A stretch of DNA of 64,000 bases, taken from NCBI GenBank assembly GCA_035549635.1, contig DASZQN010000045.1:9286-73285 (forward strand), written 5' to 3'. Below, piece by piece: positions 32,813-40,544 of this stretch (position 1 is its first letter; every line of letters starts with the position of its first letter). The stretch is from Opitutaceae bacterium. GTDB lineage: Bacteria > Verrucomicrobiota > Verrucomicrobiia > Opitutales > Opitutaceae. A program made the position numbers and the translations under genes. Under the pieces are notes generated by a model, which ran no database searches, was not told the DNA's origin, and was given only the letters and a program-made list of their open reading frames with translations.

Positions 32813-35787
32813 GCGGACGGCGTGGGCGCCGAAGCGGAAGTTGCGGGCGGCTTCGTCAGCAGATCGTTGAGCAATCGCAGCACCGCGTCCGCGGTGTAGG
32901 GCTTGGTCAGGATCGATCCGACCTCCAGCTCACCCAGGGCAGCAGTGGTGGCGGGATCCGCCAGCCCGGACATCTTGCCGCTTGAAATGACGACCTTGAT
33001 CGCGGGATTCATTTTCTTCAGCACCTGGATCATGATGACTCCGCCCATCACGGGCATGTCCAGGTCGGTCAGCACGACTTTCACCTCGGTGAGATGCAGC
33101 GCGAACTTCGCGCAGGCATCGCCGCCATCGGTGGCCGTCAGCACGCGGTATCCGAACTGCTCCAAGGTGCGGCCGATGACGTCGCGGATGCTCGCCTCGT
33201 CATCCACCACCAGGATCATTTCGCCCCGGCCCCGCGGAAGCGCGGTCGAGATGGCCGGGGCGCTCTCCGCCGGGACGGCGCCGGTTTCCGCCGGCAGGTA
33301 GATCTTGAATGTCGTGCCCGTGCCGACCTCGCTCTCGACGGTCACGAAACCTGCGTGGTTTTTCACGATGCCGATCAAGGTCGACAGCCCAAGGCCGGTA
33401 CCCTTGCCGACCTCCTTCGTCGTGAAAAAGGGATCGAAGATCTTGTCCATGACCTCGGGCGGAATGCCCGTGCCGGAATCGGCGACGGTCAGGCAGGCAT
33501 AGGCGCCCGGCTTCGCCTCCGGGCTCATCCCGGCGTAGTTTTCGTCGATCCGGACGTTTCGCGCCGTGAGGCTCAAGCGGCCGCCCGAGGGCATGGCGTC
33601 GCGGGCGTTGACGCAAAGATTGAGCAGGACCTGGTGCAGCTGGGTGGCATCGCCCATCAGCGGCCAGATGTCGATTGGCAGATCGGAGGAAATGACAATG
33701 TTCTTCGGAAAGGTCTCCCGCATGATCTCCTCCATTTCACGCACCAGGTCCTTCAGCCGCACCGCCTGGCGGCGCCCCTCGATGCCGCGGCCGAACATCA
33801 GCAGCTGCTTGACCAGATCGGCGCCGCGCCGGGCGCTCGTCTCGATCGTCGCGAGCGTCTTCTCGACCTGGGCCGGCGGAAGGCCGATGCGGAGGAGCGG
33901 CGCGCCCATCAGGATCGGAGCCAGAATGTTGTTCAGATCGTGCGCGATGCCCCCCGCCATCCGGCCGACGCTCTCCATGCGCTGCATCTGGGTCAGCTGG
34001 ATTTCGAGTTCCTTCCGGCCGGTAACATCCTCCGCCGTGCCGACGATGCGATAGACCCGCCCGCTTTCGTTCTCGATCGGATAGGCCCGGTCGCGGATCC
34101 AGCGCAGCGAGCCGTCGGGCCGTAATATCCGGTAGGTTTCGTCATAGTCGCCGCGGGCCTGCCTCTCCGTCGCCGCCGCCAGCACCCGGGCCCGGTCCTC
34201 GGGGTGGATCGCCTCCAGCCACATCCGCGGATTGTCGTAAAGACTCCGGCAGGTGCGGCCCCAGATTTTCTCGTAGGCGGGACTGACGTAGAGCATCGCG
34301 TTCTTGGCCGGGTCGGTCATCCAGAAGACCTCGCGGATATTTTCCACCGCCTGACGGAAGCGCTCCTCGCTTTCGCGGAGGGCCGCCTCCCCCTGCCTGC
34401 GTTCGGTGATGTCGCGCACAACGGCGACCAGGTAGTCCCGGTCGAGATTCACCAGCGTAAGGCTGACTTCCGTCGGGAAGGTCGTCCCGTCCTTCCGGCG
34501 GTGCATTCCCTCGATCGTGATCGGGCCGCCATTCCGCAGGCGCCGCTGGTGCTCCGCGTAGCGCTCCTGCGTCAGGGCCGGATGCAGGTCGAAAACGGTC
34601 AGTTTCAGATATTCCTCCCGGGAATAGTCGTGCGCCGCACAGGCCCGCTCGTTCATGTCGATGATCCGGCCGGTCTCCGGGTCGACGACCTCGATCATCT
34701 CGCCCGAGCGATCCATGAGCGTGCGGAACAACTTCAGGCCCGCCTCCGCCTGGCGGCGGTCCGTGATGTCGAGCACCACCCCCTGCGTACCCACGATGCG
34801 GCGGGCGGTGTCAAAAACCGGTGACTTGATGACATGCAGATAGAGCAGCTTGCCGTCGGGACGATGATACTCGTCCACCACTTCGAGGGAGCGCCCCGTT
34901 CGCATGATCTCCTCGTGGTGCTTCGTCGCCTCGGCCTTGAAGGGGTTCTCCTGCGCACTGAGTTCGTCCGGCGATCGTCCCACGAACTGGTCCGGCGTGG
35001 TGCCCCGCAGCCGGCAAAATGCCGAATTGACGAAAACGTAGCGTCCGGCCTCGTCCTTGCGGAAAACGCCCACGGGCATCTGCTCCACCAGCGAGGAATA
35101 GAGGGCCTGCGATTCACGCAGGGCGTTTTCCGCGATTTTCTGGTCTTCGAGCAGCCCCAGCAAGGCCCGCCGGGATTTTTCGGCGAGGGCCAGCAGCCGC
35201 TTTCCCTCGTGCTCATTTTTCCGGAGCTGCTCGAATTGTTGCTCGAGCAGCCGCTTGTCGCGGGCGTTCTCCTCCGCCTTTCGCGCCAATTCCCGCCCTT
35301 GGCGGCGAAGCTCGAGCTGCGTCACCACGTGCCGGCTCAACGCCCGCAGGGCCGTGCGTTGGTCCGGGGTGAGCTCGTGCGGGACACGATCCATCACACA
35401 AAGCGCCCCCAGCGCCTGGCCGTTCGGCGCCACGAGCGGCGCCCCGGCGTAAAACCGGATGTGCGGATCCTCCGTCACCAGCGGGCTGCTCGCAAATTTC
35501 GGGTCCGCCTGGGCATCGCGGACTTCCATGATCTCGTCGGCACGCAGGATGGTGTGGGCGCAAAAAGCGGCATTTCGGGGCGTCTCGGAAGCCTGGACAG
35601 CGATCCGGGCCTTGAACCACTGCCGGTCACGGTCGACCAGGGACACCGTCGCCGAGGGCACCTGGCAGACCTGCGCGGCCAGCAGCGCGAGATCGTCAAA
35701 GGCCTCCTCGGGCGGCGAGTCCAGAATCTCGTACTCCTGCAGGGTGGCGAGGCGCTGGGCCTCGTCGGCGGGCAACGGGGCGTTCAT
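32809..35787 (-). CDS. Hybrid sensor histidine kinase (GAF + 3 PAS + HisKA + HATPase + REC)
   Basis: 992 aa. N-terminal GAF (LQEYEILDSPPEEAFDDL...VSLVDRDRQWFKA). Three PAS-like repeats, each ending ...DITERRQ/DITDRRQ/DVTGRKE. H-box AGGIAHDLNNIL, G-boxes DSGTGIP and GKGTGLGLS, and a C-terminal REC (ILVVDDEASIRD...VLTDLDMPVMGG). Confidence 0.9.
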   Translation of the reverse strand: MNAPLPADEAQRLATLQEYEILDSPPEEAFDDLALLAAQVCQVPSATVSLVDRDRQWFKARIAVQASETPRNAAFCAHTILRADEIMEVRDAQADPKFASSPLVTEDPHIRFYAGAPLVAPNGQALGALCVMDRVPHELTPDQRTALRALSRHVVTQLELRRQGRELARKAEENARDKRLLEQQFEQLRKNEHEGKRLLALAEKSRRALLGLLEDQKIAENALRESQALYSSLVEQMPVGVFRKDEAGRYVFVNSAFCRLRGTTPDQFVGRSPDELSAQENPFKAEATKHHEEIMRTGRSLEVVDEYHRPDGKLLYLHVIKSPVFDTARRIVGTQGVVLDITDRRQAEAGLKLFRTLMDRSGEMIEVVDPETGRIIDMNERACAAHDYSREEYLKLTVFDLHPALTQERYAEHQRRLRNGGPITIEGMHRRKDGTTFPTEVSLTLVNLDRDYLVAVVRDITERRQGEAALRESEERFRQAVENIREVFWMTDPAKNAMLYVSPAYEKIWGRTCRSLYDNPRMWLEAIHPEDRARVLAAATERQARGDYDETYRILRPDGSLRWIRDRAYPIENESGRVYRIVGTAEDVTGRKELEIQLTQMQRMESVGRMAGGIAHDLNNILAPILMGAPLLRIGLPPAQVEKTLATIETSARRGADLVKQLLMFGRGIEGRRQAVRLKDLVREMEEIMRETFPKNIVISSDLPIDIWPLMGDATQLHQVLLNLCVNARDAMPSGGRLSLTARNVRIDENYAGMSPEAKPGAYACLTVADSGTGIPPEVMDKIFDPFFTTKEVGKGTGLGLSTLIGIVKNHAGFVTVESEVGTGTTFKIYLPAETGAVPAESAPAISTALPRGRGEMILVVDDEASIRDVIGRTLEQFGYRVLTATDGGDACAKFALHLTEVKVVLTDLDMPVMGGVIMIQVLKKMNPAIKVVISSGKMSGLADPATTAALGELEVGSILTKPYTADAVLRLLNDLLTKPPATSASAPTPSA

Positions 35788-36710
35788 AAAGGGGCTGGGT
35801 CGGCATAGCGCGGGACGGCACCCTGACGGACGAGCAGCTCATTCACTTCCGCCTTCAAGGTCTGCACCCGCTCCTCACGATTGAGCATCACCTCCTGCCA
35901 CCGCAGCAGTTCGTCGAGCTGCTCGCGGTTCTGCTGGCTGGCCCGCTTGCGGGCGGTGATGTCCTCGCTGAAAATCACGATGCCGCCGATCTGGCCGGGA
36001 GCCGCCAGCCAGGGATAAATCTCCCAGTGCAGCCATTGGGACGTGCCATCGGTCCGCACGAATTCCTCCTCCTCGGCCCGGGCGGCTTCCCCCGTCAGGC
36101 ACCGGCGGTGGATCGCTTTCCACCGCTCGGAAATCTCCGGAAACACCTCGTAATGGCTGCGGCCAATGACCGCGGGCGCCTCCAGGCCGTAGTCCGACAG
36201 CCACCGGCGGCTGCAGATCAGGTAGCGCATTTCCCGGTCAAACATGGCGATGGCCGCGGGGGCATGCTCCAGCAGCAGCCGCATCTGCTCCTCGCTCTCG
36301 CGCAGCGCGGCCAGGGCGGTCCGGCGCTCGCGCCGCAGGCTGTTCTGCTCCAGTGCCAGTTCCACCGCGGAGCCGAGGCGGGCCAGCCGGTCCTTCAGCA
36401 GGTAATCCATCGCTCCGCGCCGCATGGCCGCCACGGCTGTCTCCTCGCCAATCGTCCCGGAGACGATGATCAACGGAATCTCGAGTCCGCTCTGTTCCAG
36501 CAATTCCAGCGCCCGCAGTCCGCTGAAGGCCGGCATCTCGTAGTCGGAAAGCACCAGGTCCAGGTCGGTCTTGAGCTGAGCCAGAAATTCCGCTTCCGTG
36601 TCCACGCGCCGCCACTCCGGCGCGAAGCCGGCGTGCCGCAGGCTTCTCAGCACCAGCTCGGCATCGGCCGGGCGGTCTTCAACGATGAGAACGCGGAGAG
36701 TCTTCGGCAT
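35784..36710 (-). CDS. Response regulator receiver + PAS domain protein
   Basis: Start MPKTLRVLIVEDRPADAEL (ATG 36710-36708). REC with LVLSDYEMPAFSG, then PAS (LLLEHAPAAIAMFDREMRYL...IVIFSEDITARKRA) and a short coiled tail. There is a 4-bp overlap with the downstream hybrid kinase. Confidence 0.85.
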   Translation of the reverse strand: MPKTLRVLIVEDRPADAELVLRSLRHAGFAPEWRRVDTEAEFLAQLKTDLDLVLSDYEMPAFSGLRALELLEQSGLEIPLIIVSGTIGEETAVAAMRRGAMDYLLKDRLARLGSAVELALEQNSLRRERRTALAALRESEEQMRLLLEHAPAAIAMFDREMRYLICSRRWLSDYGLEAPAVIGRSHYEVFPEISERWKAIHRRCLTGEAARAEEEEFVRTDGTSQWLHWEIYPWLAAPGQIGGIVIFSEDITARKRASQQNREQLDELLRWQEVMLNREERVQTLKAEVNELLVRQGAVPRYADPAPL

Positions 36711-36714
36711 CGCT

Positions 36715-37164
36715 TCAGAGGTTCGACAACGGCTGATTGAGCAGCAGCCAGTAAACGCCCAGATCGCGCACGGCATTCACGAAGCGCTCGGAGTCGACCG
36801 GCTTGACGATGTAGCTGTTCACTCCGAGGTGATAGCTTTCCACGACATCCTGCTGCTCCCTGGAGGAGGTGAGCATCACCACCGGGATGGCCTTGGTTCG
36901 GGCGTCGCCCTTGATCCGGCGCAGCACTTCCAAACCGTCGATCTTGGGCAGTTTCAGGTCCAGCAGCACGACCTGCGGCAAGGGGGCGCCCGCGGCCGGA
37001 CCCTTCCCGTCCGCGCCAAAGATCAGCTCCAGTGCTTCAGCCCCGTCGCGCGCGACCTGAATCTGGTTCGCGATCTTCGCCTTGCGCAGCGCCCGGAGCG
37101 TCAGCTCGAGATCCTGAGGATTGTCCTCCACCAGCAGCAGATCGAAGGGCTTGGTCGCATTCAT
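36715..37164 (-). CDS. Stand-alone CheY/Rcp1-like response regulator
   Basis: 149 aa with LLLVEDNPQDLELTLRALRKA, VVLLDLKLPKIDGLEVL and PVVMLTSS...YIVKP. There is a 4-bp overlap with the upstream kinase gene. Confidence 0.88.
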   Translation of the reverse strand: MNATKPFDLLLVEDNPQDLELTLRALRKAKIANQIQVARDGAEALELIFGADGKGPAAGAPLPQVVLLDLKLPKIDGLEVLRRIKGDARTKAIPVVMLTSSREQQDVVESYHLGVNSYIVKPVDSERFVNAVRDLGVYWLLLNQPLSNL

Positions 37165-39056
37165 GGTTCTCCGACTCCTTCGACGGTGAAGTGAAAGGTC
37201 GCGCCCCGGTCCGGAATTCCCTCCGCCCAGATCCTGCCGCCGTGGCGGTTGACGATCCGCTGCACGATGGCGAGTCCGACCCCGGTGCCTTCATAGTCCT
37301 CCGCCTTGTGCAAGCGCTGGAAGACGCCGAAGAGCTTGCCCGCATAGCGCATGTCGAAGCCGGCGCCGTTGTCGCGGACGAAATAGACCGTTCGACCTTG
37401 CTCCCTGGAGGCTCCCACCTCGATCCGTGCCGGATTCCGCCTCCGGCTATATTTGAGCGCATTGGACAGCAGGTTGAACCAGACCTGCCTGAGCAGCGCC
37501 GGATCGCCGGAGCAGGGCGGCAGGTTCCCCGCGGTGAATTCCACGGCGCGCTCCTGTCGCTCCGCCGTCAGCGAATCCCAGACGTCGCGCACCAGCCCGT
37601 TGAGGTCGGTCTCGCGTTTGCCCAACGGCTGGCGGCTGAGGCGGGAGAAGGCCAGCAGATCGTCGATCAGCTCCCCCATCCGCTGCGCGCTTTCGCGGAT
37701 GATCGTCAGCTGCCGTTGTCCCTCCGCCGGAAGGGCCGGACCAAAATCCTCCATCACGGCCTGGGAAAAGCCGTCGATCGCCCGAAGCGGCGCACGGAGG
37801 TCGTGTGATACCGAATAGGAAAAGGCCTCGAGCTCGCGATTGGCCATTTCCAGCTGCGCCGTCCGCTCCTTGACTCGTTCCTCGAGGCTGGCGTTGAGCT
37901 GGCGGATTTCCGCCTCGGCGCGTTTCCGGCCGGAGATGTCGCGCGCCACCTTCGAGGCGCCGACAACCCGGCCTGTTCCGTCCCGGATCGGCGAGACCGT
38001 CACGGAAACATCGATCGGGCTGCCGTCGCGGCGGAGGCGCACCGTGTCGAAGTGCTGGATGCTGCCGCCGTTCCGGATCCGCTCGAGAATCTCGACTTCC
38101 TCATGCTGACGCTCGGGCGGAATGAGCTTCGTGATGGACTGATTTTCCATTTCCCGGGCGGAATAGCCAAAAATCGCTTCCGCTCCGGAATTCCAGCTGG
38201 TGACAATGCCCGCGAGGTCCTTGCCGACGATGGCATCGTTCGACGACTCCACGATTGCCGCCAGGCGGGCGGTGACCACCTCGGCCTCCTTTCGCTCGGT
38301 GATGTCTCGGATCAGCCCGAGCAAATTTCCGTCCGGCATCGCGGTCGCGATCACCTCGGCGGTGAAAATTGAACCGTCTTTCCGTCGCAGCTGCCACTCC
38401 CGCTGGTAGCGACCCCCGATCTCGAGCACGTCGCGGGCCTTGCCGACCTGCTCCCGCTCGCCGGGCGCCACGATATCGGAGGCATGCCGCCCGATGAGCT
38501 CGCTCCGCTCATAGCCCAGCATGCGGCACGCGCTGGAGTTGACGTCGACATAGCAGCTGTTGGCGTCCGCCACGACGATCCCGTCCGGAGCGTAGTCAAA
38601 CAGCGTGCGGTAGCGTTCTTCCGCCAGGCGTCGCGCCTCCTCCTCCAGCTTCCGGCGGGTGATGTCGGCCCGGATCGCCACATATTGTCGCGGCCTGCCA
38701 TCTTCGTTCAGAAACGGGACAATGGTGGTGTCCACCCAGTAAAAGCTGCCGTCCTTGGCCCGATTCCTGATTTCTCCCTTCCAGACCTGGCCACGCCCGA
38801 TCGTGGCCCACAGGTCGCGGATGAAGTCCTTCGGGTGATAGCCTGAATTGATGATCCGGTGGTCCTGGCCCATCAGCTCCGCGCGCGTGTACCCGGAGAT
38901 CGCGCAGAACTTGTCGTTCACGTAAGTGATTTTCCCCTGCGGATCGGTGAAGGCCACGATCGCGTGCTGGTCCAAGGCGGACTTGAGGTCGTCAACTTCC
39001 CTGGCCGACGTCTTGATCGCGCGGTCTGGGGCTGACGTTGAGGAAGCCTTCTTCAT
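37161..39056 (-). CDS. Cytoplasmic multi-PAS sensor histidine kinase
   Basis: 631 aa with no TM segment and three PAS repeats (each ...DITRRK/DITERKE/DISGRKR). H-box SYSVSHDLRAPLR. HATPase motifs LLSNALKYS, DNGAGFD and GTGVGLAIV. Confidence 0.9.
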   Translation of the reverse strand: MKKASSTSAPDRAIKTSAREVDDLKSALDQHAIVAFTDPQGKITYVNDKFCAISGYTRAELMGQDHRIINSGYHPKDFIRDLWATIGRGQVWKGEIRNRAKDGSFYWVDTTIVPFLNEDGRPRQYVAIRADITRRKLEEEARRLAEERYRTLFDYAPDGIVVADANSCYVDVNSSACRMLGYERSELIGRHASDIVAPGEREQVGKARDVLEIGGRYQREWQLRRKDGSIFTAEVIATAMPDGNLLGLIRDITERKEAEVVTARLAAIVESSNDAIVGKDLAGIVTSWNSGAEAIFGYSAREMENQSITKLIPPERQHEEVEILERIRNGGSIQHFDTVRLRRDGSPIDVSVTVSPIRDGTGRVVGASKVARDISGRKRAEAEIRQLNASLEERVKERTAQLEMANRELEAFSYSVSHDLRAPLRAIDGFSQAVMEDFGPALPAEGQRQLTIIRESAQRMGELIDDLLAFSRLSRQPLGKRETDLNGLVRDVWDSLTAERQERAVEFTAGNLPPCSGDPALLRQVWFNLLSNALKYSRRRNPARIEVGASREQGRTVYFVRDNGAGFDMRYAGKLFGVFQRLHKAEDYEGTGVGLAIVQRIVNRHGGRIWAEGIPDRGATFHFTVEGVGEP

Positions 39057-39152
39057 CGATCTGAAAAGCCTTGGGGCCCTGGGGCATTCAAGGGCTGCAT
39101 GCCTGAACGAGAACGACTGACTATGAAATAACCCGTGCCTGAACGCTTGATC

Positions 39153-40130
39153 TTAAGCCGCCTTTTTGGGCCTGGGTCGCAAGGCGGCTTTGAGCAAAGC
39201 CCAATCGAAGCTGAGGTGAGAGGTCGCCTGACGGAAATTTTCGAAGCCCACCGGCTTCACGATATAGGACTCGGCGCCCAACCGCCGGCATTCCGCGATA
39301 TCCTGGTCGTCCTGCGATACCGTCAGCACGATCACCGGGATCTCACGGGTAAGCTCGGCCTGTTTCATCTGACGAAGCACATCCAGACCCGGCACGGTCG
39401 GGAGATTCAAATCGAGCAGAACCACATGCGGCCGGGGGAGGCTTCGGCGGGCCGCATATCCCCTCCTCGCCAAGAGATAATCAAGCGCCTCGCCGCCATC
39501 GGATATGATCTTCGTCGGATTGCTGAAGCGGGCCTTTCGGAAGGCCCGCAGTGCCATCTCCGCATCCACCGGATTATCCTCCACCATGAGGATCTCGCCC
39601 AGGTCCTCGCGCACCGTCGGCTCCGCGCGGCCGCCGATTTTAACCAGCAAGCTCGACATCGATACGTCCAGCGCCTTGGCCAGGCTGGCCACGCTTCGGA
39701 GCGTGATGTTCCTCACTCCCCGCTCGATATCGGTGATGTAGGTGCGATGCAGCCCCGCCCGCCAGGCCAGTTCCTCCTGGGAAATTCCAAGGGAGTTTCG
39801 GCGGCGTTTCACCGCCGCCCCGAATCGCGCCTGAAGGCCGTTCCTGTTCTTTGAAACCTCGGGGTTCTTAAGCACTTGTGCCCTCAATTTTACCAGTGGC
39901 CTCAACAGACTATGAGTGACAATTGCCATCGCCAGCTCGTTGGCTTCGACGAAGGAACCCTTCCAGACTCCTGCCGGAAGCATCGTTTTTGGCCCTGGGT
40001 CCGGGACACGGACATCGTCGCCTGGTTTCCGTTTTCCATGGGCGAACGACAGGAAGACTCCGCCCCCCGCAGGAAGGGAGGGTTCATCGGGGTCGCCGAT
40101 CGGGACAGGAATCTTAAAATCCGCGCTCAT
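39153..40130 (-). CDS. XRE-family HTH followed by C-terminal receiver (REC) domain; start uncertain
   Basis: HTH_XRE: RRRNSLGISQEELAWRAGLHRTYITDIERGVRNITLRSVASLAKAL. REC: ILMVEDNPVDAEMALRAF...VVLLDLNLPTVPGLDVL...VIVLTVS...YIVKP. ATG 40130 has a GGAGA 6 nt upstream. Alternative starts are 40142, 39983 and 39929. Many A/T-ending codons make the GC3 clearly lower than in neighbouring genes. Confidence 0.7.
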   Translation of the reverse strand: MSADFKIPVPIGDPDEPSLPAGGGVFLSFAHGKRKPGDDVRVPDPGPKTMLPAGVWKGSFVEANELAMAIVTHSLLRPLVKLRAQVLKNPEVSKNRNGLQARFGAAVKRRRNSLGISQEELAWRAGLHRTYITDIERGVRNITLRSVASLAKALDVSMSSLLVKIGGRAEPTVREDLGEILMVEDNPVDAEMALRAFRKARFSNPTKIISDGGEALDYLLARRGYAARRSLPRPHVVLLDLNLPTVPGLDVLRQMKQAELTREIPVIVLTVSQDDQDIAECRRLGAESYIVKPVGFENFRQATSHLSFDWALLKAALRPRPKKAA

Positions 40131-40544
40131 CGGAATCTCCATGGGAGCCCGGCGCCAGATTGGATCTAATCGTTTGGGGGACTCTACGGGGTACTGACCG
40201 AAAAAACCGCGGTGGCAGCTCCGATGCGGTTGGATGATGCTTGGAGACGAGCCGGCCGAGGTTCGGTTACCGGTTACCTGCGGCAGCAATCTGTGGCCGA
40301 CACGCAACCTTGCCCCCACGACAACGGGGACACAAGCGCGAAGCGTATTACAAATGTGATATCCGGCGACGAGGAGAAGGCCAAAGGCAGGAGCAGCGCT
40401 GGCCTCGCAGTGCCCGGATTGCCGGCGGCAGGATAGCGCCAATCCCTCAAAGCCTTCTTCACATGGCGGTTGAAGATCGCTCTTTTCCTCATCCATCGCC
40501 CGCCTTGATTCCCACCCGCGACTCCTCTCTGCTCATTTCTCCGC

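Noticed and set aside
39153-40130. XRE-HTH gene as the antitoxin or regulator of a toxin-antitoxin, prophage or defence module.
   Set aside because: There is no adjacent small toxin-like ORF, integrase, or phage or defence gene. The HTH is fused to a receiver domain and sits beside a phosphorelay.
39153-40496. Full 447-aa reading of the XRE-REC ORF.
   Set aside because: The first ~118 residues (…CEEGFEGLALSCRRQSGHCEAS…) look non-coding and run across the alaS upstream region. Met codons at 40142 and 40130 are more plausible, the latter with a GGAGA upstream. The exact start remains uncertain.
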